A stretch of DNA of 64,000 nt from Mobula hypostoma (lineage: Eukaryota). The translations under genes were made by a program, and so were the position numbers. The notes under the pieces were generated by a model that worked only from the letters and a program-made list of their open reading frames with translations, ran no database searches and was not told the origin of the DNA. Positions 26,260 to 40,440 of the stretch are shown piece after piece (position 1 is the first letter of the stretch; every line of letters begins with the position of its first letter). The stretch spans positions 65,722,001 to 65,786,000 of the forward strand of contig NC_086108.1 of the NCBI RefSeq assembly GCF_963921235.1. The letters are read 5' to 3'.

Positions 26260-28005
26260 TCAAAGTTCAAAGTAAATTTATTATCGAAGTAAATATATGT
26301 GACCATATACACCCTGAGATTCATTTTCTTGTGGGCATTCACAGTAAATACAAAGAAACACAATAGAACCACAGAAAGACTGTCCCAACAGGACAAACAA
26401 CTATTGTGCAAAAGTCAACAAACTGTGCAAATCCAAAAGAAGTAATAATAATAATCATAAACAATTAATATCGAGAACATGAGACGAAGAGTCCTTCAAA
26501 GTGATTCCACAGGTCATGGGAACAGTTTAGTAATGAGGTGAGTGAAGTTGTCCCCTCTGGTTCAAGAGCCTGATGGCTGAGGGGTAGTAACTGTTCCCGA
26601 ACCTGGTGATGTGGGACCTGAGGCTCCTGTACCTTCTTCCAGATGGCAGCAGTGAGAAAGGAGCATAGCCTGAATGGTGGGGATCCTTGATGATGGATGC
26701 TGGTTTCCTGTGACAGTGCTCCATGTAGCTGTGCTCAATGGCGGGGAGGGCTTTACCCATGAAGTATCCACTACCTTTTGTCGGCTTTTCTATTCAAGGT
26801 TATTGGTGTTTCCATACCAGGCTGTGATGCAACCAGTCAGTGTGCAGTCCACCGTACATCTATAGAAGTTTGTCAAAGTTTCAGATGACATGCCGAACCT
26901 TCGCAAACTTCTAAGAAAGCAGAGGTGCTGTCGTATTTACTTTGTAATGGCACTTACATGCTGGATCCAGGACAGAATCCTCTGAAAGCCAGTGGATGTA
27001 GTGTACCTGGACTTTCAGAAAGCCTTTGATAAAGTTCCACATAGGAGATTAGTGGGCAAAATTAGGGCACATGGTATTGGGGGCAGAGTACTGACATGGA
27101 TTGAAAATTGGCTGGCTGACAGAAAACAAAGAGTAGTGATTAATGGCTCCCTTTCGGAATGGCAGGCGGTGACCAGTGGGGTACCGCAAGGTTCAGTGCT
27201 GGGACCGCAGCTGTTTACAATATATATTGATGATTTAGGTGAGGGAATTAAAAGTAACATTAACAAATTTGCCAATGACACAAAGCTGGGTGGCAGTGTG
27301 AAATGTGAGGACCCAGGTCAGAGCCTCTGAAATTATAACACTGAGGAATTTAGTTTTGGACCCTCTCCATCTCTGATCCCTCGATGAGGGTTGACTCACG
27401 AACCTTTGGTTTCCTCTACCTGAAGTCAATAATCAGCTCCCTGGTCCTTGCTGACATTGAGCGAGAAGTTTTTGTTGTACAACCATTCAGCCAAATTTTT
27501 AGACTCCGACATACTGATTCACACCACACTTGATTTGGCCAACGACAGTGGTGTCAACAGCAAACTTATTATGGCATTGGAGCTGTGCTTCGCCTCATAG
27601 TCATGAGTATAAATCAAGTAGAGCGGGGTGCTAAGCACACAACCTTGTGGTGCACTTGTGCTAATTGTAATTGTGGAGAAGATGTTGCCAATCTGAGTGA
27701 AGGATTCAAGGGTCCAGTTGCTCAAGAAGGTATTCAAGCCTGGGACTTGAAAATTATTGATTAGGTTCGAGGGAATGATAGTATTAAATGCTGAGCTATA
27801 GTCAATGAAGACCATCCTGATATATGCATCTTCACTGTCCAGATGTCCCAGGGTTGAATGAAGAGCCAATGAAATGGCATCTGAAGTTGATATGGCAAGA
27901 GCTGATATGTTTCATCACCGGCCCCTCAAAGCACTTCATCACAATGGATGTAAGTGGTACTGGATGATATTCACTGAGGCAGGTTACCATGTTCTTGGGC
28001 ATCAC
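26260..28005 (-). mobile_element. Rex1-type LINE (RT to 3' end), interrupted by a CR1 fragment
   Basis: YIRMVFIDYSSAFNTIIP, SAPQGCVLS and IIKDPHHSGYAPFSLLPSGRRYRS; tail near 26260-26285. Confidence 0.85.
26988..27308 (+). mobile_element. Internal CR1 RT fragment nested in the Rex1 copy
   Basis: ORF 26992-27330 [15 protein letters not shown]...[19 protein letters not shown]; no 3' tail. Confidence 0.9.
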
Positions 28006-28520
28006 TGAATTGTAGCTGAAAGAAGATTATAGCTGGGAGAATAATATCAAAGGAATACAAATTGTATCAAAAGGCCAGGTAGGTAAGATAAGGGTGTGGG
28101 GTGGTTCTGTTGGTAAAAAATGAAATCAAATCATTAGGAAGAAGCGACATAGGATTGGAAAGTGTAGAATCATTGTGGGTAGAGCTAAGAAGCTGCAAGG
28201 GGAAAAAGAATGATGGGAGTTATATACTGACCTCCAAACAGCAGATGTGGGTGTGGTCTACAAATTGCATTGGGAGACAGAAAATGCACATGAAAATGGC
28301 AATGTTACAATAGTCATGGGGGATTTCAATATGCAGGTATACTGGGAAAATCAGGTTGGTGCTGGATCCCAAGGAAGGGAATTTCTAGAATGCCGATGAG
28401 GTGCCTTTTTAGAGCAGCTCATGGCTGAGCCCACTGGGGGATCAGCTATTCTGGATTGGGTGTTATGTAATGACCCAGAATTGATCAGAGAGCTTAAGGT
28501 AAAGGAACCTTAAGAGGATA
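28005..28520 (+). mobile_element. CR1 ORF2 endonuclease fragment
   Basis: ESVESLWVELR and VMGDFNMQV; similar to 12690-13170. Confidence 0.8.
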
Positions 28521-28524
28521 GTGA

Positions 28525-28862
28525 CCATTTCGTCCCTCTTCCCGCTGGGAGAAGGCTCAGGAGCTTGGAGACTTGTACGGCCAGATTTGGGAACAGCTTC
28601 TTTCCAACTGTGATAAGACTGCTGAACGGATCCTGACCCGGATCTGGGCCGTACCCTCCAAATATCTGGACCTGCCTCTCGGTTTTTTTGCACGACCTTA
28701 CTTTCCATTTTTCTATTTTCTATGTATGATTTATAATTTAAATTTTTAATATTTACTATCGATTTGTAATCCAGGGAGCGGGAAGCGCAGAATCAAATAT
28801 CGCTGTGATGATTGTATGTTCTAGTATCAATTGTTTGGTGACAATAAAGTATAAAGTATAAG
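28525..28862 (+). mobile_element. Rex1-type LINE 3' end
   Basis: 'ccctcttcccgctgggagaagg...gggaacagcttctttccaactgtgataagactgctgaac' and an (AAAGTAT)n tail. Confidence 0.7.
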
Positions 28863-29039
28863 TACTCTTCCAATCAGCCTGGCTCACTAATGGTACTCTA
28901 AATGACATAGGTTCAAAGTAAGTTGAGCAACCTGTATATATATCGCTGAGAATTTTTGTGGGCATACTCAATAAATCTATAGAATAATAACCATATTGAA
29001 TACTGAGGTAAAGCATCTATTAGATCTCAGGGCTAAACT

Positions 29040-29792
29040 CATAGTCATAGTATAGTCATAGTCATACTTTATTGATCCCGAGGGAAATTGGTTTTCGTTA
29101 CGGTTGCACCATAAATAATTAAATAGTAATATGTAAATTATGCCAGGAAATAAGTCCAGGACCAGCCTATTGGCTCAGGGTGTCTGACCCTCCAAGGGAG
29201 GAGCTGTGAAGTTTGATGGCCACAGGCAGGAATGACTTCCTATGACGCTCAGTGTTGCATCTCGGTGGAATGAGTCTCTGGCTGAATGTACTCCTGTGCC
29301 CAACCAATCCATTATGTAGTGGATGGGAGACATTGTCCAAGATGGCATGCAACTTGGACAGCATCCTCTTTTCAGACACCACCGTCAGAGAGTCCAGTTC
29401 CATTCCCACAACATCACTGGCCTTACGAATGAGTTTGTTGATTCTGTTGGTGTCTGCTACCCTCAGCCTGCTGCTGTAGCACACAACAGCAAACATGATT
29501 GCACTGGCCACCACAGACTCGTAGAACATCCTCAGCATCATCCGACAGATGTTAAAGGACCTCAGTCTCCTCAGGAAATAGAGACAGCTCTGACCCTGCT
29601 TGTAGACAGCCTCAGTGTTCTTTGACCAGTCCAGTTTATTGTCAATACGTATCCCCAGGTATTTGTAATCAACACCATGTCCACAATGACCCCCTGGATG
29701 GAAACAGGGGTCAGCGGTACCTTAGCCCTCCTCAGGTCTACCACCAGCTCCTTAGTCTTTTTCACATTAAGCTGCAGATAATTCTGCTCACA
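29040..29792 (-). mobile_element. Rex1-type LINE 3' part (same family as 1-985)
   Basis: WCEQNYLQLNVKKTKELVVD and MFYESVVASAIMFAVVC...HRKSFLPVAIKL; (CATAGT)n tail at ~29040-29066. Confidence 0.85.
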
Positions 29793-31470
29793 CCAGTGGG
29801 GGACAAGGAAATGGCGGATGAACTGAATAAGCATTTTACGTCAGTCTTCAATGTGGAAGACACTAACATTATGTCAGAAGTTTCAGAGTGTCAGGGGACA
29901 GAAGTTATGTGAAGTTGCCATTACTGAAGGTAGATAAGACACCTGGAACAAATGGTCTACACCCTGTGGTTCTGGAAGAGGTGGCTGAAGAGATTGCAAA
30001 GAATCAAGAAGCAATGGATTCTGGCATGATTCTGGAGGACTGAAAAATTGTGAACGTCACTCCACTGTTCAAGAAGGGAGGCAGGAGAAAGGAAATTAGG
30101 TAGTTAGTCTGATCTCAGTGGTTGGAAAGGTGTTGGAATCGATTGCTAAGGATGAGGTTTTGTGGTACTTGGCTGCACATGATAAAATAATCAGCATGGT
30201 CTCCTTATGGGAAAATCTTGCCTGACAAATCTGTTGGAATTCTTTGAAGAAATAACAAGCGGGTTAGACAAAGGAGAATTGGTGGGCGTTCTGTACTTGG
30301 ATTTGAAGGCTTTCAACAATATGCCACCCTTGAGGCTGCTTAACAAGTTAAGAACCCATGGTATTACAGGAAAGGTACTACCATGGATAGAACATTGGCT
30401 GATTGGCAGCAGGCAAAGAGTGGGAATAAAAGGGACCCTTTTCTGGTTGGCTGCTGGTTACTAGTGGTGTTCCACAGGGGTTTGTGTTGGGACTGCTTCT
30501 TTTTACATTACATGTCAATGATTTGGATGATGGAAATGACAGCTTTGTTGCCAACTTGGTGGATGATACAAAGATAGGTGCAAGGCCAGGTAGTTTTGAA
30601 GAAGCAGAGAGGCTACAGAAGGACTTAGACAAATTGGGAGAATGGAGAAGGAAGTGGGAGATGGAATATAGTATCGGGAAGTGTATGATCATTCACATTC
30701 ATAGATTCATAAATTAGACTATTTACTAAATGAGAGAAAATCCAAAAATCTGTGGTGCAAAGGGACTTGGAAGTTCTCGTAAAAATTCTCTAAAATTTAA
30801 TCTGAGGTTGGGTCAGTGGTGAGGAAGGCAAATGCGATGTTTGCATCGATTTTGAGAGGACTAGAATATAAAAGAAAGGATGTAATATTGAGACTTTATA
30901 AAGCAATGGTGAGGCCTCACTTTGGGTATTGTGAACAGTTTTTGTCCCCTTATCTAAGAAAAGGAGGTTCACAAAAATAATTCCGGGATAGAATGGCTGA
31001 TCATATGAGGAGTGCTTGATGGCTCTGGGCCTGAACCCAGAGGAATTCAGAAGGAAGAGGGGTGACCTCATTAAAACCCAGTGAATGGTGAAAGCACTGC
31101 AATAGAGTGGATGTGGAGAAGATGTTTCCTGTGGTGGGGGTGTCTAAGACCACAGGACACTGTCTCAGAATAAAGGAGCATCCTTTCAGAACAAAGATAA
31201 AAAGATAAGGAGGAATTTCTTTAGCCAGAGAGTGGGAAATCTATGGAATTCATTGCCATACGCAGCTGTTGAGGTCAAGTCATTTGGTATATTTAAGGCA
31301 GACATTGATAGTTTCTTGATGAGTCAGGGTATTACGGGTTATGGGGAGAAGGCAGGAAATTAGGGCTGAGAGGGAAAATGGATCTTATTAGATCCCCATG
31401 ATGAAACGGTGAAGCAGACGCAATGGGCCAAATGGCCTAATTCTACTCCTATATCTTATGGTCTTATGGT
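29793..31470 (+). mobile_element. CR1 ORF2 RT and 3' end, degraded
   Basis: MGKSCLTNLLEFFEE, NLVDDTKIG; 'cttatggtcttatgg' tail. Confidence 0.85.
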
Positions 31471-31829
31471 TCTTATTAGGCACCAATATAATTGAAGCTT
31501 CCCTGAAGTAGGAGGGTACCTCAGACTGCCAAAGCAAGTGGTTAGAGATTAAAGTAAAAACTAAATATAAGTGCTATATCTGCACTTACCTTTTCAGTCC
31601 TGGTTGGTGACTCCATTTGGGCGAATGGACTTGCATCAGCAATTCTGGTCATGGCTGACATAACAGTGAAGGGCTTGGCAGAAAGTGTACCCAACCCCAT
31701 TGAGTCCAGAGGAAGAATGGGATCAGATGCAGCATTCGTCTTACAGCTTGTCTCTAGCATCTGCTTTTTACCCCATGTGTACAGAAACCACGAACACTGC
31801 CTCACCTGCCACACTTAGCTACTGGGTCT

Positions 31830-32570
31830 GCACATAAACAGCTCCTCCACCGTGAGAGTTAGGAACACCAAGTTTCTGGGAGTGTGCATCACCTGGTCCG
31901 TCAACACCACCCTTTCATTCAAGGATGCATAGCAGCGTATCCACTTCCTGATGAAACTGAGTCGAGCAAGGCTCTCCCCCGCAATTCCGTTCTAACCAGT
32001 CTTTACAGGAGCACCATTGAGAGTGTTCTCACCAGCTGCAACACCATATGGTTTGGAAATTGCAAGGCATCTGACTGCAAGGCCCTACAAAGGATCGTGA
32101 GGACTGCTGAGAGGATCATCAGGACCTCTCTTGCACCCATCCAAGATGTTTACCGGGAGGGCTGTGTATGCAGGGCCCTTAACATTGTCACGAATCACTC
32201 CCATCTGTCCCACAATCTCTTTAAACCCCTACCACTGGGCAGGAGGTACCATAGCATTAGGACAAGGACTGTTAGGATGGGAAACAGTTTCTTCCCCCAG
32301 GCTGTGAGACTACTGATCTTCCTGACACCACCCAGGTCTCATCACATATGAAGCAACAGTAGTGTTATGCTGTTTACTTTTTGAATTAATACATTTTATG
32401 CTAAATGTCAATCTTCTGGAATATATTTTATTTTATTTATTTGTGGTAGTATTACTTTATGTGTTGTGTATGACTTAAATGTATTGTGTTCTACACCTCA
32501 GTCCAGAGAGATGTTTCCTTTGGTGGTATACACGTATTTGGTTGAATGATGCTGACCTTGCACTTGGACT
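31830..32570 (+). mobile_element. Rex1-type LINE 3' part
   Basis: YRSTIESVLTSCNTIWFG...LQRIVRTAERII...NSFFPQAVRLL. Confidence 0.8.
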
Positions 32571-33129
32571 GCCAGTTGGAGATGAATATATTTTGAACCT
32601 TAGCATTGCCACAGATCACTACTGAGAGCAGCCGGCCTTACCAAAATCCACATTCCATGCTCACCCAGGAAATTACCCTACATCACTTCTGCACCCCTCA
32701 ACTATCTTATTATTGATTTTCGAGACTGCCTAAGAAGAAAGGTATTTGGAGATTGGAAGGATTTTATGTGTGGCAAGAAAATAGGTAAGGCTGTCTGAGC
32801 TGTCAAAAGGGAATATGATTGTTCTCTTAATGTAGTAAAACTGCTTCAAGAATTCCTTCATGAAAAATGCTGGTCTCTCTAGGGTTATGACCTCTTGGAA
32901 GTCTCTCCTTCAAAGGGTGATAGTAGCAGGACATCTGAATACTTTTAGGGCAGGGGTAGATAAATATGTGATAGGATTGGGGTGAAAGATCACTGCAGGT
33001 GGATAGAATGTCAAGTAAATCAAATAATCAAATCAGTTAAAATACAATGAAATGTCGGTGCAGGTTTCAGGGGCCGAGAGTTCTCCCACTGCATCTAATT
33101 TGCACAAATTTTTCCTAAAATTGAACATC

Positions 33130-33385
33130 TTATTCCCTTCCTCCCTTTCTCCCATGGTCAAATATCCTCTCCTATCAGATTTCTTCTTCTCCAGTCTTTA
33201 CCTTACCCACCCACCTGGTTTCACCTTTAACCTTCTAGCTTCTCCTCCTTCCCCTCCCTCCACTTTCTTATTCTGTCATCCCTCTTTCTCTCCAGTCCAG
33301 ATGAAGGGTCTCGGCCCCAAACTTTGACTGTTTGTTCATTTTCATAGATGCTGCCCGGCCCGCTTTGTTTTCATCTGTATTTTTA
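33130..33385 (+). mobile_element. Penelope 3' end fragment with degenerate hammerhead motif
   Basis: Pyrimidine-rich tract like 18200-18440, then 'cagtccagatgaagggtctcggccccaaactttgactg'. Confidence 0.75.
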
Positions 33386-36300
33386 TCCCCTCAGGGAACA
33401 GGCAGAAGATATTCCTTGTATCTTCACATGATGCTGTGTGATGTATCTGAGTAGTGTTAGTGTACAAAAGAAGGCACTGCTAAAATAAATCTCCTTATTG
33501 ATTTAAATACAAAACTAGAGGACTGAAAAGAGCTGCAAGGCTCATAGCTGCACTTCACTTCCATTCAGCAGACTGCAAAGACCCCACATATTGTCAACTT
33601 ACAAGGGTACTTAAAGTACAACCAGTGTTTTACAAAAAGCTCAGTCTCCTCCCCATTATCAGTAAAACTGATGAAGCAGCCTGCGTCTGCTTACTGGCAA
33701 CAGCCATGCTGATTACCATAACAAACTGCAAAGAGAACTGAGGTTAAACTGGAATTGTGCAACCTTGCTGTTTAACCTGGAATAAATAAAATTTACAATA
33801 GGCATGGATTTTTAATTTAACTAAACAAAACTCAAGTCATGTTTCTTTGGCCAAGGGCCATGAAGACAGATGCAGGTGCTGGGAACTAAAACTCTCACAC
33901 ATAAAATTCTGTTTTACATAATCACTTTGGACCCCTTTGTTGTGGGATTTTTACAGACAAGCAAAACTGAATGCATTTCAATTTGGTCATTGGGGGGTTC
34001 TGAGGTGATTATCTTCTCAATAAAAAACACTATACAGTAAAAGAAAAATTAAAAAGTTCCCCATCATTGAGCTGGGTGACACACTTGCCAAGTGCTGAAT
34101 GTGAGAGCATGGATTTAAACTGATGCCTTATCAAGGACAGCCTCCCAGGGGAGCTCAGGCAGAATTGACTGAATAACGGCAGCAATCTCCACTGTGTCAC
34201 ATACTGTAGGCTTCGGGAACATCCATGGCCTCCAGTGAATAGGCTTCAAGGGCAACAGAGTCAAAGACCTGTGAGAGAACACATTCCCTGAGAACAGAAA
34301 TCCCCTGAAAGTAGAGGGGTAGCTACCTTTGTTTCAACTCCTGTCATTTCGTGGGAATATTCACCTCCAGAGATTATTAGTTGCTAAATTGCAAGTGGGA
34401 AGAACAGACACGATGATTACTGTTAGCAATAAATTTTTCTCACAGCGACAGTCTCTGTATACTAATCACAAAGTGAAGCTCCTCATAGACATCAAAGTTG
34501 CCAATGTTTAAATACACCATCCTACCTAACTAATAGCTTCATCATTTTAAAACCTGAACCTATTTGTGAACCAGTGCATGAACTGAATTTGTTTCCTTTC
34601 TCGCTTAATAATGTTTCAATTACATATTCAGCTCCATGCAGTCCGGTGCCATTTACATCTTGTGAAATCTTTGCTGGTCTGATTTGCGCCTGTAACGATG
34701 TACATGTACCCTATTTGCCTATTAAACTTTCAGGGGGAAATCATATAAAACCTACGATGAATTATTGTAAGAATGAGCTTCAAACTACATCTGCCAGCCT
34801 GCTCTCTGAAGAAGAGCTCTATTCTGAAAAGGTTTTAGTGGGTGCATTATTCACAGAACATTAAGTGTGATGCAGTGGAGTGAATGTCCTTTTGACATCA
34901 CTGTTACCATTTAAAAACTGGCTTGGTATATAAATCCAGTAATGCTCATGACTACTGGTAAACTGGCTGGCTCACCTCATTTACATTTATTCAGTGAACT
35001 GGGAGCTCAAGGGCTCCAGTTGCAGATAGGGTGCAAATTCTTCAGCCTCAACTGCATCAGTAATGCAGACCTGAGTCTGACAGCAGGAAGCAGGCAGGAT
35101 AGTACAGAAGGTAACGAACGCAACAGTGGCTTGCCAATTTAATGGAGAAAGAGCACCCCTATTTTTAACAGCTTTAATATCAGATAATTGAACCTTAACT
35201 TTCAGGTGGCCATACCTGGATCCTTTCAAGGACTATGGTTTGACAAGCTTGCTCCTGAAGAAATTGACTGGTACTCATCGACCAATACATGGTCAATTGC
35301 TTTTCGATTGAACTGCATACAGTGACACTGTGAAAGCCAGTCAACATGGTAATTGTCCTGTCAATCAAGCTTGACAGATTAATATTTTACACATAATTTA
35401 TATGCAAACTATCCTTCACTCATTGTATTTTTTTCTAACAAATTACCTTACCTTTATCGGGAGAGATTGCTGTAGTTTCTGTTTTCATCAACTATGTAAC
35501 TACACAATGTTTTCTGAGAAAGTTAGCTTTGTTTACTAGACAATAAATAGTGTGCTATCTGTCATTTGCCCTGTTCGCATTCAACTCATTAGATGGCAGC
35601 TCTGTCAATAAATTCTTGAATTAGGTTTTGCATATGAGGACAAAAGTAGCAATTAAACACTTTGCACTTGGAATGAGACATAACATCTCCTAAAAACTGG
35701 CACCTTAAATGCTATGGAAGATCTCTAGCCAAGCTGTTTGGCATCACATTAGTACCAAATAGGGATTTATATTTTAAAAAGATGCCACAAGGTTTGAGAA
35801 AACCTGGACACTTTGGGCTAGTGAAATGAACAACAATTAGAAACAGCCTTAGTATCACTTCTCCTAAAATAAATATATTGCAGTATTTCCCATTTTCTCT
35901 TTTCCCTGAACTCCAATACATTTCAATAGGTTCAATATCATTTCACCTTTCATGATCTTAGTTACTCACTGTTATGATTTTAAAGCAAAAACTTATTTGA
36001 ATAATCTATTCTCTTATTTTTCTATCATTCTTTGTTTTCAGTATTATCCATTCTTTAGTTGAGAGCCAAATCCAAGAACAGAGTTATACGTGAAACCTGA
36101 TTCCAGCTACAATTTTTAAAAAGCTATTAAAAGTAGATCTGAATTAAGCCCCCCAAATGGATACTGTTGTTTTTGGGCCGGAGGTTTGGAAAACATAAGC
36201 ACACTATCTAGCACATATCATTTTTGCTTGATGTGGCTCATGTGATCACACCCAACATACATACTGTGCAGCCACCGCAGACAAAATTTAAGTATGAAAC

Positions 36301-37119
36301 ACAGCTACATTTAAACTTCAATCCTAATAAAATGATACCATTTTCATAAGAACATCGTTAACAGTATTCTAAAGATTTTGTCACCATTGAATTTGGACTC
36401 TTTTCAGAAATTTAAAAAACCTCCTAGAAACTGAATTGAAGTCATTGGAGTACTAAGTGCTAGAAATTAACAAGTTGACAATACACTTCTGAGTGACTGG
36501 TAAAGTTCCATTGTACTGGGAGTGGTAGACCTGGAGTGCATAAGATAAGAATGCTTAGATATCCCCAGTGCATATTGCATCTAGGATATTTCTTTTTACT
36601 TTGCTCACATTCAGATGAATTGAGAGAGATGCTCATTTCATTCCATGATGTTTATATTTTGTGGATGAACTGAGGCAGATTCGCATGTTTTACCATTTCT
36701 AAGGGTGCTGCTGTTCGGTCTTTGGAGATGAGGTTTGTCTCAGGAAGTTGCACAATATTGCTAATATTGCATTAACTGCTGATTTTTATGCAGTTTGATT
36801 TTTGTTTCCTTTCATTTAAAATCATAAAATATGCAATTATACATATCTGGACAGTGATCTCTCATCTTTCACTGCATAATATCTCTTACTGTACAATATT
36901 TACTGTATATTATATTAACATGGTATTGTATTCATTCCCAAACAATCATATGTTTAGGAGGGTAATATGCTGAGCCCAGTCCAGTATTCAGTGGCAAGAC
37001 ACAGAGCCTTTATGACAGCTTTTCAGCAAGAAGAGCTTCCCTCAGCAAGAAGCCATGAACTTTGAGAAGTGCCAGTTTGTAGCATTCAGTTTCAGACATC
37101 TTATAACATTGGTTGACTT

Positions 37120-40100
37120 ATAATGATGTACAAAAGGGACAGGTTACACCTAAACCGGAGGGGGTCCAATATCCTTGCAGGAAGGTTGGTAAGAGTTGAT
37201 TGTCAGGTATTAAACTCATTTGGCGGGGGGGGGGGTGGTGGGAATAAGAGTGATGGTGCTGAAGATGAGGTAGTTGGTTTACAAACAAAGGCAATGTGTA
37301 GTGAGACTCCTAACAAGGAGAGAATGATGATAGGGCAAAATTGCAGTCAACGGGATGAGCAGCAATGAAAAAGATGAACGATATCGAAAAGGGGTGAATG
37401 CAGAACCGAAGGTGTTATATATGAATGCATGCAGTATACGGAATAAAGTAGATGAACTTGTAGCACAGATACAGATGTAGGCACCACTGAATCATGGCTG
37501 AAAGAAGATTATAGCTGGGAGCTAAATGTCCAAGGATACACATTGTATCAAAAGGACAGATAGGAAAGCAGAAGGGGTAGTGTTGCTCTGTTGGTAAAAA
37601 ATGAAATCAAACCAATAGAAAGATGTGACATAGGGTTGGAAGGTATTGAATCATTGTGGGATAGAGCTAAGGAACTGCAAGGGTAAAAGGACCACGATGG
37701 GAGTTATATACAGACCCCCGTACAGTAGCATAATGTAGTTTACAAATTACAACAGGTGATAGAAAGTACATGCCAAAAGGGCAATGTAATAATCACCCTG
37801 GGGTTTTTAATATGTAGGCAGATTGGGAAAATCAGGTTGGTGCTAAATCCCAAGAGGGGTCATTTCTAGAATGCCGATGAGATGGCTTTATAGAGCAGCT
37901 CATAGATGAGCACTTTAAGAGATCAGCTATTCTGGATTGGGTGTTGTGCAATGAACCAGAACCAGAATTGATTAGAGAGCTTGAGGTAAAAGAACACCTA
38001 GGGGAGAGTGATCATAATATGATCAAATTCACCCTGAAATTTGAGAAGAAAGAACTGAAGGCAGATGAATCAGTATTACAGTGGAGTAAAAAGAATTACA
38101 GAGGCATGAGAAAGGAGTTGGCCAGAATTGGCTGGAAAAGAACACTTGCAGGGATGACAGCAGAACAGCAATAGCTGGTATATCTAGAAGCAATTTGGAA
38201 GGCACAGGATATATACATCTCAAAGAAGAAGTATTCTAAAGGTAAGGTGACACACCTGTAGCTAACAAGAGAAGTCAAAGACAACAGAAAGCCAAAGAAG
38301 GGCATATAACAGAGCAAAATTAGAGGAAAATTAGGGGATTGGAAACTTTTAAAAACCAACAGATAACAGCTAAAAAAGTCACTCAGAAGTAAAGATGGAA
38401 TATGAAGCCAATTATATTAAAGAGGATAGCAAAAGTTTCTTCAGATACATTAAGTGTAAAAGAGAGGCGAGAGTGGGTATCGAACCACTGGGAAATGATG
38501 CTGGAGAGGTAGTAATGGGGGATGAAGAAATAGCAGACAAACTGAATAAATATTTTGCATCAGTCTTCACTGTGGAAGACACTAGCAGTATGGTGCAAGT
38601 TCTAGGAGTCAGGGGGCATGAGTGTATGAAGTTACCATTACAAGGGAGAAGATTCTTGAGAAACTGAAGGGTCGATGGATAGGTTAGCTAGACCAGATGG
38701 TGTACACCCAAGGGTTTTGAAAGAGATGGCTGAAGATATTGTGGAGGCATTAGTAATGATTTTTTGAGAATTAATAGATTCTGGAATGGTTCTGAAAGAT
38801 TGGAAAGTTGCAAATGTTGCTCCATTCTTCAAGAAGGGAGAGAGATAGAGGAAAGAAAATTATAGACCAGTTAGCCTGACCTCAGTGTAGGAAGATGTTG
38901 GAGTCGATTGTTAAGGATGCGGTTTACAGGTGCTTGAAGGTGTATGATAAAATAGGCCATGTTTCCTCAGCATGGTTTCCTCAAGGGAAAATCACACCTG
39001 GCTAATCTGTTGGAATTTATTGATAGCAAGCAGGATAGACAAAGGAGAATCAGTTGAAGTTGTTGTCTTGGATTCTCACAAGGCCTTGAACAAGGTGCGA
39101 TGCTTAATATGATATTGCAGGCCCATGATATTACAGGGAAGATTCTAGCATGGATAAAGTAATGTCTGATTGGCAGCAGGCAAAGAGTTGGAACAAAGGG
39201 AGCCTTTTCTGACTGGCTGCTGGTGACTAGTGGTGTTCCACAGCAGCCTGTGTTGGGACCAATTCTTTTTATGTTATATGATAATGAATTGGATGATGAA
39301 ATTGATAGCTTTGTTGAAAAGTTTGCAGATGATATGAAAATAAGTGGAGAGTCAGGTAGTTTTGAAGAAGTAGAGAGGCTACAGGAGGACTTAGATAGAT
39401 TAGGAGAATGGGCAGTGAGGTGGCAGATAGAATACAGTGACAGGAAGTGTATGGTCATACAAATCGTTAGAAGAAATGAAAGGGTTGACTGTTTACTAAA
39501 TTGAAAGAAAATACAAAAAACTGAGACTCAAAGAGACTTGGGAGTCTTGTGCAGGATTCCCTAGTGGATATTTTGCAGTTTGAGTCGGTGGTGAGAAAGG
39601 CAAATGTGATGTTAGAATTCATTTCAAGAGGACTAGAATATAAAAGCAAGGATATAATGTTGACACTTTATAAAGCACTGGTGAGGCCTCACTCAGAGTA
39701 TTGTGAGCAGTTTTGGGCCTGTTAGCATAGAAAGGACATGCTAAAGCTGGCGAGGGTTCAACAGAGGTTCACAAAAATGATTCCAGGATTGAACAGCTAG
39801 TCATTTGAGGAGCATTTCATGGCTTTGGACTTGTATTCACTAGAATCTGGAAGAATGAGGGGTGACTTCAATGAAACCTATCAAATGGTGGAAGTCCTTG
39901 AAAGAGTGGACGTGGAGGGGATGTTTCCTTTGGTGGGAGAGCCTAAGACCAGAGGTCACAGCATCAGAATAGAAGGGCATCCTTTCAGAACGGAGAGGAG
40001 AAAGAATTTCTTTAGCCAGAATGTGGTTAATTTGTGGAATTCTTTGCCACAGGCAGCTATTGAAGCCAAGTCTTTATGTATATTTAAGGTAGATGTTGAT

Positions 40101-40240
40101 AGATTCATGATTGGTCAAGGCATGAAGAGATACAAGAAGAAGGCAGGAGATTGGGGCTGAGAGGGAAAATGGATCAGCAGTGATGAAATGGGCCAAATGG
40201 ACCAATTCTGCTTCTATATCTTTTGGTCTTATGGTCTTAT
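37120..40240 (+). mobile_element. CR1 LINE (end of ORF1 through ORF2 and 3' end), degraded
   Basis: DRLHLNRRGSNILAGR, HLGESDHNMIKF, KFADDMKI, NFFSQNVVNLWNSLP; 'ggtcttatggtctta' tail. Confidence 0.9.
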
Positions 40241-40249
40241 TAATGCACA

Positions 40250-40440
40250 CTGTACAACACACACAAAATACTGGAAGATCCCAGCTTGTCAGGTGGAGTC
40301 TATGGGCAGAAATAAACATTCAGCATTTCAGACTGAGACATGAGGCATCATGAAACTTGGTGAAGGGTCTTAGCCCAAAAGATCAACTGTTTATTCCTTT
40401 CCATAGATTCTGCCTGACCTGCTAAGTTCCTGTAGCATTT
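40250..40440. mobile_element. Older Penelope-derived fold-back element
   Basis: Decayed 'ggtgaagggtcttagcccaaaagatcaactg...tgcctgacctgctaagttcc' with an inverted left arm. Confidence 0.6.
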
